64,000 bases of DNA from Alloascoidea hylecoeti (GCA_001600815.1 BCKZ01000019.1:124001-188000), one strand, 5' to 3'. Positions 12,243 through 23,638 are shown, counted from the first letter of the stretch. Translations and numbers: made by a program. The notes: generated from the letters alone by a model not told the origin.

Positions 12243-13220
12243 CTCACACAGGACGGCCGGGTGTTCAGATTAAGCGAGAGAAGAAGTTGCGACGAGGAAG
12301 AAAGAGAGCGTCGGCCGGTAGTAGCGGGCGCACACCCACACACCCACACCCCCCCGCCTCCTATAAAGGGCCGCTTGTACTCCCATCCTCCCGTTCCAGC
12401 ACACAACCACGCTGCTGGCGTCGTTCCCCGAGTGGAGGAACTGGATGCCGCCCTCCCCGCGCACGGACCCCAGCCGGCCCGCGCGCGTGGGTGCGACCGT
12501 GGGACAGCAACGCAGCGTGTATCTCCGACCTTCGATCTGAGGACAGGAGACCGTCGGTCATAAACGTCGCCACATTCTAAAAGTTTTCGCTCGGGAGCCG
12601 GTGCTTCCGGAGTACAACAGTACAGTATTTTAATTATCTATCCTCGCTATCTATTCCTCAAAGCTCCTAATGCTCGCGGGGGCAATGGCCCTGATGCTCG
12701 CCAGCGTGTCCAGGCTGTACCTCCGGCTCGTGAACTGCGTGCTGCTGGCCAGCGTGATCACACTAGCGTCGTCCACCCCCGCCCCCGTGCCCGCCCCCCC
12801 GTGCCCGTGCCCGCTCCCGCTGTTCATGATGCTCGTCGTGTAGTGCGTGTTGAACGTGTTGAACGTGTTGAACGTTCCGTAGGTGACCTGCGTCAGCACC
12901 GTCGGCGACGTGGATGCCCCATCGTTGGAAAACAGGGACAGCGATGTCGACTGTGTCACCGTCGACGAGGCTAGCGAATTGCTCGATTTGTTCGATCTTA
13001 TCGAGTTGGTTGTTGAGCGGTTCATATTTTGATTGTTCGCAAACGTCAACGGCAGTAGCGATGAGTTATAGTTATATCGAATCGATCGAGATCGTGTTGA
13101 GTTATGTGATATTGATGGCGTCGGCTTATCTCCGTTCGCGTTCGCGTTCGCGTTCGCGTTCGAACTCGATTCTGCAATTTTATTTATATTGGATGTCGAT
13201 GTCGATGTCGACGTTTCTGA
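11930..13220. other. GC-rich island spanning the 5' end of one gene, the intergenic region and the 3' end of the next gene
   Basis: Hand counts: 12121-12180 is 51/60 G+C, versus 4/60 at 11041-11100 in the same ORF. Confidence 0.95.
12332..12344 (+). promoter_or_regulatory. Rap1-consensus / C1-3A-like site ACACCCACACACC
   Basis: Matches the S. cerevisiae Rap1 consensus ACACCCRYACAYM; ~90 bp upstream of the 12242 ATG. Binding is inferred. Confidence 0.4.
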
Positions 13221-14780
13221 CGTTGATGATGATGATATTGATGACGTTTTGATTTTAATCCGATTGCTCTTAAATGATTGTCCATTATGTTCATTTGATG
13301 ATGATGTGGATTCTTTAAACTCTGGTTCGGTTTCTGTTTCTTCTAATGTTGATGGTGATGATTGTTTACATAACATTTCTCCAAATGTAACACTCCTTGG
13401 TGTTTTAACATTACTTGACTCGTCTTCGTCTTCGTCTTCGTCTTCTTTTTCTTGTTCTTGTTCTTTTTCTTTTTCTTTTTCTTTTTCTTTTTCATTTTCA
13501 TTTTCATTTTCTTTTTCATTATGTAAAATATTTGTTAGTTTTACTGTTTCTTCTTTAACCTTTAATTTCTTATCATTTTCATTCTCATCATTACTATCAC
13601 TATCATTATCATCATCATCATCATCATCTTTATTAAATGATTGTCTTGCACTAACAAAACTTTTATTATTACTTGTACTCCATGATAAAACACTAGTAGT
13701 ACTCAACTCTTCTAAAGATTTTGATCTTTTCCAGCTTTTTCCAAGACTATAATCATCCCTTCCATCTTCAACATTTTCATTCTCTCCATCATCACTTTGA
13801 TCACTTTGATCATTATAATTCCTAATACTATTTGAGTTATTATTCTTATCATCAATTATATTATAATTAAATAATGGTAATGTTGAACATTGTGATTGTG
13901 ATCTTTTAAAACTTGGTGGTAAATTTGATGATCCATAAAAAAAATCTGTTGAAATTTGTAATTGTTCTGGTGAATAAAATAATTGACTTTGATTATTAAA
14001 ATCATTATCATAATCATTATCATATAAATAATCATAATCATTTTCATTTTCATTTTCATTTTCATTTTCATATTCATTTTCATATTCATTTTCATTTTCA
14101 TATTCATTTTCATATTCATATCCATGATTATGGATTTGTTTTTGTTTAATTAATGTTTCATCTTTTGCCTTACCTTTATTATTATTATTCTTATTATTAT
14201 TATTAATATTATTATTATTATTATTCTTATTATTCTTATTATTATTTTTATTATTATTATGATGATGATGCTTATTATTTTTAATTTTTGTTTGTTTTGT
14301 TTGTTTTCTTGATCTTGATTTATTCTTAATTGGTTTTTTAATTGACTGTTTTAAAAAATTATCATTTAAATGAACTAAATTTGAACTGCTAAATGATTTT
14401 GGAATTTGAATTTGATTTATATTCCCATTCTTATTACCACTTTCATTTTCATTTTCATTTTCATTTATATTTATATTCTCATTTGTATTTATATTTGATG
14501 TTGACGTTGTATTAAAATCAATAGTATTCTCAAGATTATAAGAATGATGATTTATATGTGAACGACGAGTTACTTTTTGTGTATTTAAATTACTTGAATT
14601 TGATACTAATTTCCTAACCCATGAAAATCGACCTCCTTTAACTTGTTGTTGAGGTTGTCCTTGACCTTGATTCCCATTCGGATTTGTAGTTACATTTGAA
14701 TGTTGATTTGTTGGCGATGAATGAGGATGTTGATGTTGAGAATGTGGCTCAGTTGGACTTTTATGTTCAAAGTCAGGCAT
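12651..14780 (-). CDS. Hypothetical low-complexity fungal protein (~709 aa) with N-terminal RFSWVRKL and C-terminal DDASVITLASS...SLDTLASIRAIAPAS motifs
   Basis: Long ORF; first ATG at 14780 (ORF-track start 14849 is TTG). From memory, the C-terminal motif resembles an uncharacterised ascomycete family (ASI.TLASS...S.DT.AS.RA.AP); not verified by search. Confidence 0.82.
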   Translation of the reverse strand: MPDFEHKSPTEPHSQHQHPHSSPTNQHSNVTTNPNGNQGQGQPQQQVKGGRFSWVRKLVSNSSNLNTQKVTRRSHINHHSYNLENTIDFNTTSTSNINTNENININENENENESGNKNGNINQIQIPKSFSSSNLVHLNDNFLKQSIKKPIKNKSRSRKQTKQTKIKNNKHHHHNNNKNNNKNNKNNNNNNINNNNKNNNNKGKAKDETLIKQKQIHNHGYEYENEYENENEYENEYENENENENENDYDYLYDNDYDNDFNNQSQLFYSPEQLQISTDFFYGSSNLPPSFKRSQSQCSTLPLFNYNIIDDKNNNSNSIRNYNDQSDQSDDGENENVEDGRDDYSLGKSWKRSKSLEELSTTSVLSWSTSNNKSFVSARQSFNKDDDDDDDNDSDSNDENENDKKLKVKEETVKLTNILHNEKENENENEKEKEKEKEKEQEQEKEDEDEDEDESSNVKTPRSVTFGEMLCKQSSPSTLEETETEPEFKESTSSSNEHNGQSFKSNRIKIKTSSISSSSTSETSTSTSTSNINKIAESSSNANANANANGDKPTPSISHNSTRSRSIRYNYNSSLLPLTFANNQNMNRSTTNSIRSNKSSNSLASSTVTQSTSLSLFSNDGASTSPTVLTQVTYGTFNTFNTFNTHYTTSIMNSGSGHGHGGAGTGAGVDDASVITLASSTQFTSRRYSLDTLASIRAIAPASIRSFEE

Positions 14781-15599
14781 TTTTAAAAAGTGAATGGTAA
14801 GAAGAAGAAAAACAAAATGTAAAAATCTAAAACCAAAATTTACATACAAACTTTACTTTAGCGTAAAAAAATGTAAATCTTACAACATCATTTATATTTT
14901 TTTACATTTTTAATAAATAGTTTATTTTTATTGGGTGGACTTGTTTTATTTTGAAGGCTGTTTTCATTTTCATTTTTATTTTTATTTTTATTTTCATTTT
15001 TATTTTTGTTCTGTAAATAAAGGGGTGTTTTTTTTTCTTTCTATTTGTACGTTTATTTTTGTTTGATGATGTTTCTTTTTCTTTTTCTTTTTCTTATCTA
15101 AATCTTATATATTTTTTTTTTACCTTGTATTTGGGGGGGAATGCATCTTCATTCTGGGGAAAATCATGGTTTAATTCATTCTTCATTTCCAAGTATATTT
15201 ATAGTATACAACAAGTAGATAAACAAATATTTAAACAAGAAGATTCGTTTCTTTTCATCTTTATCATTGATCAACATTCAAATTATGAGAATGCTTATTA
15301 TATATAGGTTCTTGATAAAGTTTCGGTAAGTGGGCAAACAACCATCTAGCATAATCGAGATAATCAAGGTAATCACAGAATAAAAGATATCAATTCTACT
15401 CCCTCATCTACACAATTATCTTTTCTTAAACGTGTGTAGTATTAAATACAAGGTTATTTAGAGAAGTTGCTCACTCAAAATCAATATTTACTAAAACAAC
15501 AAACAACCAAATATGAATATATATTCTGTTTATAGAAACTACTTATCATAATACAAGTCTCATATACTCTCGTTTGTTTTCTGTTCAAAATTGAAGTTG

Positions 15600-18500
15600 T
15601 TCTTTTTTGATCTTATTTTTACACATCAAGTACAATAAGGTTTCCCTCTTGTGAACTTTTTCTCGTTGGTTGGATTTTTAATTGAATTTCTTTCTCTTTT
15701 TTCCTAGTATATATTCTATTATCAAGAGAGACTCCCGTTTAAAAATGTCGATGGTACTGTTTGCTTGATGAACTTTAAATCTAAATCTAGATCTAGAACA
15801 ACTCTCCATTTGCATATTCTTTAAATGCTTTATTAATATTGAGATTAAACATACATAAATTTAAACTTCTAGAACCGCTAAAAAAATCTGTCATACATAT
15901 ATTGAATAAATACTATTTGTTGAAGTTATTGTTATGATGTATGTATAAGTATCGAACAATACATAAATGTTCATGTTTTGAATCATAGCTAACAAGTTTA
16001 TTTATGGTGGAACTAACATCCTATGGAGAACCATATAAATTACTATAGATCTAAATCGAGAGTATGTTCCCTCTACCTTGTTATTGAGAATCTTATTCAC
16101 ATAATGATGTGTTATAGCATCCAGCAGATTTCTAGTAGTTTTTTTTTTTTTTGTGAACATTGAATTCCTGTAATTATATTTTAAAATTTTACTTTTTAAA
16201 TAATTGGTATGTTTAAATAATATGGTATTTTGTACCCGAATCGAGTGGCCGTATGACCCGCTGTACTAGGTGTATTTCCGAGTGGCGAAATTCTCTCTAC
16301 AAAACGGCGAATTCTGAATGGAAAAATATATACTCCTCATCTGGATAAAATAAAATATAAAAAATATATCACTTCTTTTAGCAAACGGGAGTGCCTAATT
16401 TGATCAAGCTATTGATTCCAGTGATCATATCATTTTGAATTGTGTTGTTGTATTAGAAGTACTAACTATCTTGATTAGTCATCCAGGGGTTTAAACATTC
16501 TCCTTCTTCTCTCATCTATTTTATTTTATCCTTCTTTTGGCACAGATTAGAACATCATCTACGTAATTGAGATTTTGACTTTTTTGTTTTAGAATATGCA
16601 TGGCTCCAAAATGTTATAACACAGTCTAAACTTCTTTGACACTTCAACAGGCTCATCCATATGAGATTTGTTTTAAAATACAATCATCCGTTGAATGTTC
16701 AGTTGAGCCGCATCTAAAGCAAAGTTTGGGTTTAGAATCTTTATAATCAATTCCTGTATTGGATTGTATTCTATTATATTTTAAATGGTGAAAGTGTGGG
16801 GTTCTAGATAACTTCTTATATTGTGAACTTTGGGATAATAATCTTATCGATATTAATGATGATTTTTACCTTATGAACACTCAGGATTTTTTTTTTTCCT
16901 TTTTTTCAATTAAAGGAAAATGATTCATGTTTAAATTAAAAGAATTAGTTAACAGATTTATCTGATAATAAATCGAGTTTTCTATCTTTTTTTTAGAAGT
17001 TTCATTTTAATTAATAGTCTTAAGTAAAATATTGTTCATTTGAATTCTGAAATATCTTTATGTTTATGTTGCTGGTCTCCTATAATAATACTAATTTATA
17101 GGTAGACACACATATAATACTATATTATATCAACTTCTATAGTAATCTATATTCTTTTTTTTTTGAGTTAACGTTTAATGCATATGGGTATTTCATTCGA
17201 CTTTCAATAAGGTTACTAATTAATATTTCATATTATTACATATAGGACTACCCTAAAACAAGCTTACTAGGTCAATCACCAACATCACAGTATGAATATA
17301 ACTAGATATCATATTCTGTATGTATAGTTAAACTACTTATCCTAATACGATCTAATAATATATGTTTATCTCAAGTGAAATAACTTGTCAACAGCAACCG
17401 TTGAATTTTCATTGAATATCTGTGTCTTTTCTCATCTACCTCTACTTAACTGTTTTATTCTATTTTCAAGAGAGATTAGGAGATTCCCTTTTAAAAGTGC
17501 TGTTTGTTGATGAACTTTAAATTTAGATTATACTTATTATCGCCACCAAAACATCTTATAAAATTGAGTAGACCTCCAAAACAAGATGATTAAATAACCG
17601 CTAGTTTGAATGAAAATTCAATTTGTTCACCGGTGAAATCAACACTTGTTAATACATCGATTAAACACTGTTTGTAGAACTCATCAGATAAAAAACTTCA
17701 TCGATAGTTGTAATTCATGATATAAATATGGACCGATACTTCTCACAAGTTTTATTTATAGTGTAATTAATATGAACAGAGCAAATACCATTTGATATAT
17801 ATATATAGTTTATAGAAATGGTTATGTTAAACTAAACTTCTCTGGTAGATTTTATTAACATTGAGTTCCTATATATTTTAAAATCATTTTTGAATAATTG
17901 GTATTTATATATGCTAAATCATTTTAAATAACAAGTTGAATGATATTTTCTTGCTACTGATAATAGTAATCACCATGGCCAAAATTACATGAGATTACTT
18001 ACCAATAAATTTTCACAAAAACACTTAAAGATCTAATATTCAAATTAGCTGTTAATTTATTGAAAAAGTATTAATTGACTTTATTCTTGTTACTTATTGC
18101 ACAAAAACAAAATATTATCCACAATTTCACCTAAAGTCTTATAAGATGACTAATATTAATATTAATATATATGATGTGTGAAAATTTAAGGAAAGAGACT
18201 AAGATACAACAAATATCAAAATGAAAACACAAACTCTCAGAATAAAATAAGGTATCTATCTAACCCCGCCGGTATACCCTTTAGTCGAAAACTTAATAAT
18301 CAGTAACCCAACCAAAAATGATGAACTCTCTCAAACGTGTTAAATACTATGTTCTTAAAATCTTTTAAAAGTTTCTTGATTGTTGTGAATCCTACATGGC
18401 CTAGTCTTTTGTTCACAATATTCCTTGATTTATTTATGGTAGACGATTTGATATACAATTGATTGCTTGATAACATATAAATATCTTATCGACATTGATG

Positions 18501-19390
18501 ATGATTTACTTACACTTAGCACTTAATTCACAGCCTTATTATCAAAGGGAAATGAGTCCTGTTTAAATTAAAGAATTAGTTAACAGATTTTATGTAATAA
18601 TAAATCGAGTTTTCTATCTTTTATTGGAACAATATCATTTAATCGATAGTCCTAAGTAAAATAATGTTTATTTGAATTCTGAAATATATTAATGACTGCT
18701 CTTCCCTATAGCTATACTCATAAGCAAAGGCGCACAATTTCTCACAATCCAACATATTATGCTACATTCTATCAACTTCCATAAGGCTTAGGCACAATGA
18801 TGCATATTTTTTCAGTTCAGGTCATACGATTGTGAGGTATTTCCATTGGCTTTCAATAACATTACTTAATATAAGTTATGTCACTACTACTCAAGATAAG
18901 GGTTGAAGTGACTACTCTGTTTTTACGAGTTCCTTTGTTTTTAATTCAAAGTTGGAAGGTTTCTTCTTTTTTAAGTGCAATAAGTTTCTCTCTTTCCGTA
19001 TCATCAAAACCGTTGGATCCTCTTCAAACATATTTGCCTCGCTTCTTCTACTCTACTCGATTCTCAATTTGTATTTAATAATGTTAATTGAACTGTTTGT
19101 TTGATGAACTTTAACTCTAGATCTAACGAAAACTCTCCATGTGCATCTTCAGTGACATAATCTTCAAATGCTTTATTAATATTGAGATAAATCAAGTTAT
19201 CTCCTGGTTCAATCAAATAATCCTCTAGAACCGCTAAAAAAATTCAGTTTGTCATCGGCTAAATCACTATCTGTTAATATATTGAATAAATACTATTTGT
19301 TGAAGTTATTGGATGAAAATTTCATCGACAGTTATGATGTATGTAGAAGTATCGAACAAACTAAATGTTCATGCTTTGAATCAAGATGGA
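15600..19390 (-). pseudogene. Decayed tandem array of ~3 units (~1.6-1.75 kb period) of an unidentified coding sequence
   Basis: Anchors recur: tgatgaactttaa at ~15766/17508/19102; aaatcgagttttctatctttt at ~16970/18602; aacattga.ttcct at ~16156/17857. The minus strand of the third unit reads ...AVLEDYLIEPGDNLIYLNINKAFEDYVTEDAHGEFSLDLELKFIKQ... with stops and frameshifts. Confidence 0.7.
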
Positions 19391-19399
19391 GGGAACATG

Positions 19400-19720
19400 T
19401 TTTGCTAATCATTTTGTTGGACATAAATGCAAGGTGGCCGAACTTAAGTGAGAAGCTTGAATACTATTACACCATGTGGGCGAGAGTAGCTTCACAGTTG
19501 AGTGACCATTATATTTGCATCGTGGTGGACATAATCGAGGAGACTATTCTTTATTTTGGCCGGGGTTTTCCATTAAAAGTCCATAAACCTCTCTAGGGTG
19601 ACAACACAGCCATTCTCAAATATTTCTAAAAGACGAGAAAGTATATCAACTCGCGGTTCTTTTTTGTAACTGCCGAATTTATCATATTATTACAGGTGAA
19701 GTTTGAACTGGGGTCTTCAG
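19400..19720 (-). mobile_element. Dispersed repeat family B, copy 1 (inverted relative to the copy at ~22880-23060)
   Basis: Its reverse complement shares gaagacc, cc.ccac..., tcgcccac, ttcggccac and caacaaaat in order with 22880-23060. Confidence 0.5.
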
Positions 19721-20124
19721 GTTAATGGGTACATGTTACAACCATCTTGTATGATACATTAACATATCTAGTAAGTCCATAAGTTAAAGCAAGTTTTCCT
19801 TTAAATATCAATCCATGAACTTTCTCAAGAATTCAAGCTTAAATTAAGTCGTGGAGTCTGTCATAAGCGCTTTACAAAATTTTGTTGACTATCCTCTTGC
19901 AAAATTGCGATCATATGGCATATCGGCTCTACTTCATGGATGTCCTAAGTATCCGCTACAAAAAAGTGAATGAAATTCGTTTATCAACATAGTAAATATG
20001 CGCAAAATAATAGGCTTCTAGATGTGTTGTCACATGACAAACCCCACCATGGATTTTTCTCGAAATATCAATCTGTCATCTTCTAGTTTATCTCAACACT
20101 TAATTTATATTTGGTATTTGAAGG

Positions 20125-21899
20125 ATGAAATTAAATATTTTAGGGATTTTAATTAGTTCAATTTATTTAAATTCTTACGTTTTTGCAATCGAAAGACCTG
20201 AATTCACAGTAAGTTCTTTTCTTACTCGCTTTTTCTTAATATATCTTTAATTTAATATTAATACTGAAAGTTTTAGCCACTTAACAATATAAAAGCACCA
20301 TTTTTTGAACAATTTTCAAATAAAATTAGATCTGAAAAGAAATGGATTCGATCATTATTTAAAGATAATAATAATAAAAATAATGAAAATTCATATAATG
20401 GGAAATGGAAAATTGAAGAACCAATAACTTATCCTGGTTTTGAAAAAGATTTTGGATTGGTTTTAAAATCAAGTGCAACAAAAGCAGCTATTAGCTATAA
20501 ATTACCTCAAGATTTTGATAATTCTAAAGATACATTAGTTTTACAATATGAAGTTAAAACGCAAAATGGTTTACAATGTGGTGGTGCTTATATTAAATTA
20601 TTAAGTGCTAAAGATGAAAAAACTGGGTTAACTTTTAATCCTGAAAATTTTAATGATGATTCATCATATCAAGTAATGTTTGGACCAGATAAATGTGGAT
20701 CAATGAATAAAGTTCATTTTATTATAAGAAGAAAAAATCCATTTACTGGTAAATATGAAGAAAAACATTTAAATAATCCACCAATGAGTAAATCAACAAA
20801 ATTAAGCGTTTTATATACTTTAATAATTGAACCTAATCAAGATTTTCAAATTAGGATTAATGGAGAAGTTGCAAAAGCCGGAAATTTATTAAATCCTAAG
20901 ATTTTAAAACCATCTTTAGATTCAGAAGAAGAAATTGATGATGTTAATGATGTGAAACCAACAGATTGGGTTGAATTAAAGAAAATTAGGGATCCAAAAG
21001 CAATTAAACCAGAGGATTGGGATGAAGAGCAACCATATCAAATTCCAGACCCCAATGCAGTAAAGCCAAACGATTGGGATGAAGAAATGGAGGAATATAT
21101 TAGTGATCCAACTGCAATTAAACCTGATTATTGGAATGATGAAGAAGATGGAGAATGGATTGAACCTGAAATTTATAATCCAGAGTGTGAAAAGCATGGA
21201 TGTGGTATTTGGGCCCGACCAACAATTAAAAATCCGTTATATAAAGGTAAATGGAAAGCACCATTGATCCCTAATCCTGATTATAAAGGAGAATGGGAAC
21301 CACGAAAAATCCCAAATCCTGATTATTTTAGAGATAGAACACCATCAAATTTAGAACCTATTGGAGGTATTGGATTTGAATTATGGACAATGGAATCAAA
21401 TATTTTATTTGATAATATTTATCTTGGACATTCAACTAAAGATGCAGAATTTATTGGTAATAAAACTTTTTTACCAAAATTAAGACTTGAAGAGGAAGAT
21501 GCTAAAATAACGGCACCAAAACCTAACATTGAACCTGATTTACCACCAACTGATGGACAAGAAAAAGAAGACGAACCATTCTTTGATATTTTAAAGCTTG
21601 TTTTTAAAGAATTTATTGAAGATTTAAGAGCATACTATGTTAAATTTCAAATTGATCCAATTGAAACAGTTACAAATGATCCAATATCTGGTATAACGTA
21701 TGCAAGTCTTGCTCTGGGAACATTCACATTCACTTTTGGGATAGTTAGTGCTATTTCATTTTTGATTGGGAATGGGTTTCAAAGGATTTCCGAACAGACT
21801 CCTGCTACAAGGACTACAAGGATTGCAAGTAAGGAAGGTACTAGTACTGGTAGTAGTAGTACTGGGAGTACAAAGGTATCGAAAAGACGGGTTATGTAA
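20125..21899 (+). CDS. CNE1: Calnexin; join(20125..20208,20277..21899)
   Basis: Signal peptide MKLNILGILISSIYLNSYVFA in exon 1; GTAAGT..TAG intron. Motifs QYEVK...CGGAYIKLL and VMFGPDKCG, P-domain KPEDWDE and GxWxxPxIxNP repeats, C-terminal TM helix. Confidence 0.97.
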
Positions 21900-21923
21900 A
21901 GATATAATTATATATTTAATATA

Positions 21924-22388
21924 TTAAGTATGCTTGTTATCTAAGAAAAGAGAGTTGTTTGCTGGAGGGGCATAAGGAGGAGGTTGTGTAGAAGGACCTG
22001 CTTCATTATCTTCATTTGATTGATTGTTTTGATTGTTTTGATTTTTTTGAATGGGTTGATTGTGTTGGTTATTTTGGGTGGCGCCATAACCACCAACATA
22101 TCCACCAGAAATCTGTCCAGACACCTGTTGATTCTCACGATTTGATTGTTGTTCCACAATTGGAAGATATGATTGTTGTTTGTTTGTTCTGTAAATAATA
22201 TACCAGGCATGAATTAAACCAGGAAATCCACCCAGAATACAAAGTAAAATATTGATGATGAGATCAGCTGAGAAACCAACACAGATGACAACAGGCAAAG
22301 GAGGAAATAATAAAGCCACCAGGACTAAAAAAAAAGAATTATTTATGAGATTGTGTATATCTGATGATGCTGCTGATGATTGTGGCAT
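21924..22388 (-). CDS. SNA3: Pmp3/Sna-family proteolipid with a PPxY motif (Sna3-like Rsp5 adaptor)
   Basis: ALLFPPLPV...DLIINILLCILGGFPGLIHAWYII is the Pmp3 domain; the cytosolic tail has QPPPY and a LDNK end. Confidence 0.8.
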   Translation of the reverse strand: MPQSSAASSDIHNLINNSFFLVLVALLFPPLPVVICVGFSADLIINILLCILGGFPGLIHAWYIIYRTNKQQSYLPIVEQQSNRENQQVSGQISGGYVGGYGATQNNQHNQPIQKNQNNQNNQSNEDNEAGPSTQPPPYAPPANNSLFLDNKHT

Positions 22389-22879
22389 TTTTTTATGTTT
22401 ATGTTTGATGTTGATATCGATGTAAAATGATAAGATTTATATTTTTGGTTTATTTCTTTATTCTTACCACCCCACATTTTTTTTACATTCTTCGATAATG
22501 CTCATTGCCACAATTTGCCACCAGCTGGCTGGATCTTAAACATAAAAGTCTTACTCAACAACCAAAAGACCGTTTTTCATCGGTTAGGAGCTTAGTATCT
22601 AATTTATTTGATTTAAATTCTCAGTGAGTGGCTCTTCCCGTCGTTCTCATATCATGATCATCATAGTAAATTTAGCAAAAGGATAGTTAATCCGTAATTA
22701 GATTATCGAGAATAGGAAACCAATCTCTAATGTGACTTTTACTGAGTTTCAATTGATAACGACTTGCAGAGACCTTCTGAATCTTCAAATCAAAATTTTA
22801 CCACGATAATCAACTTTTTTTTGAGCACTAAATTTAAATTACCGTATTCACACTTAATTTAGGCCATATTCTGCATAGA

Positions 22880-23060
22880 ATAATCGGGCTTCAGAAGACC
22901 AAATACTCGACCATATTTCGAACTATTACTCCGCCACATTTTGCATTAATGCCCACTGCTCAGCCATGATGATGAATAATTATCGCCCACCCTATTCATT
23001 AAATCTTCGGCCACATTTCCCACAACAAAATCAATCCACAGAACCAACAAAACTAATACA
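22880..23060 (+). mobile_element. Dispersed repeat family B, copy 2
   Basis: See the copy at 19400-19720; lies just upstream of a Tc1 relic. Confidence 0.5.
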
Positions 23061-23239
23061 TGTATTAATCTTCACTTATCAACCAAAACAATAATGTAAC
23101 CACCAAATATGAATTGCCAGCAGAATAATGTCATCAGGCGGAAAATTTTTGCGTAAAACATTTATAATTTTTATTTTAGAATATCTCATTGAACCTTTCA
23201 TATATTTCGACCATTCGAAAAATAACTGACTCGTCTGAT

Positions 23240-23638
23240 TTCAGGGGAGAAGTACGTAGTATCGGGTTTATTTGGTCGGCTTAGGTCATACCTACGGTGA
23301 AACTGCAAGATGCGTCTTGGTTCATTACAAGACCATTAATTTATAAATCAAAAAATAGAGGTGGAAAATCAACTGAAACAATTACTTTGGTTTGTGAGCT
23401 CTCGAGACCTAAATCCCATTGAAAAACATGTGTCTCATCCTCAAAATCGAAATAGTAAAGCAACACCTAAAATTAGCTACAGTAGAAGGATATCAAGAAT
23501 ATCAAGAATCATATTTTAGAAATATTACGAGAGTTATGGGATAGTCTAGATCAATATCTTTTTGACATGCTGATCGCATCCAGGACAAAACGACTAAACC
23601 GAGTTGTAGAAGCAAAAGGAGGGCATACAAACTACTAA
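23240..23638 (+). mobile_element. Tc1/mariner (Tc1-type DDE) transposase relic, C-terminal part
   Basis: SRDLNPIE at 23400 (consensus SPDLNPIE), then after a frameshift ILRELWDSLDQYLFDMLIASRTKRLNRVVEAKGGHTNY* (consensus SMPRR..AVI.AKGG.TKY*). Confidence 0.9.

Noticed and set aside
11930..13220. Horizontal transfer or contaminant as the origin of the GC island
   Set aside because: Both host ORFs cross the boundaries in frame with gradual codon change, and no junction, terminal repeat or self-contained gene is present.
11923..13252. Several overlapping 60-200 aa ORFs on both strands in the GC island
   Set aside because: Expected from stop-codon scarcity at high GC; no motifs, and they overlap the two long ORFs.
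13189..14125. Shadow ORFs with SFSFSF/MKMKMK repeats (also 10679-10882, 11267-11494, 42206-42668, 56368-56578, 58356-58566)
   Set aside because: Alternate-frame or antisense readings of real genes and their microsatellites.
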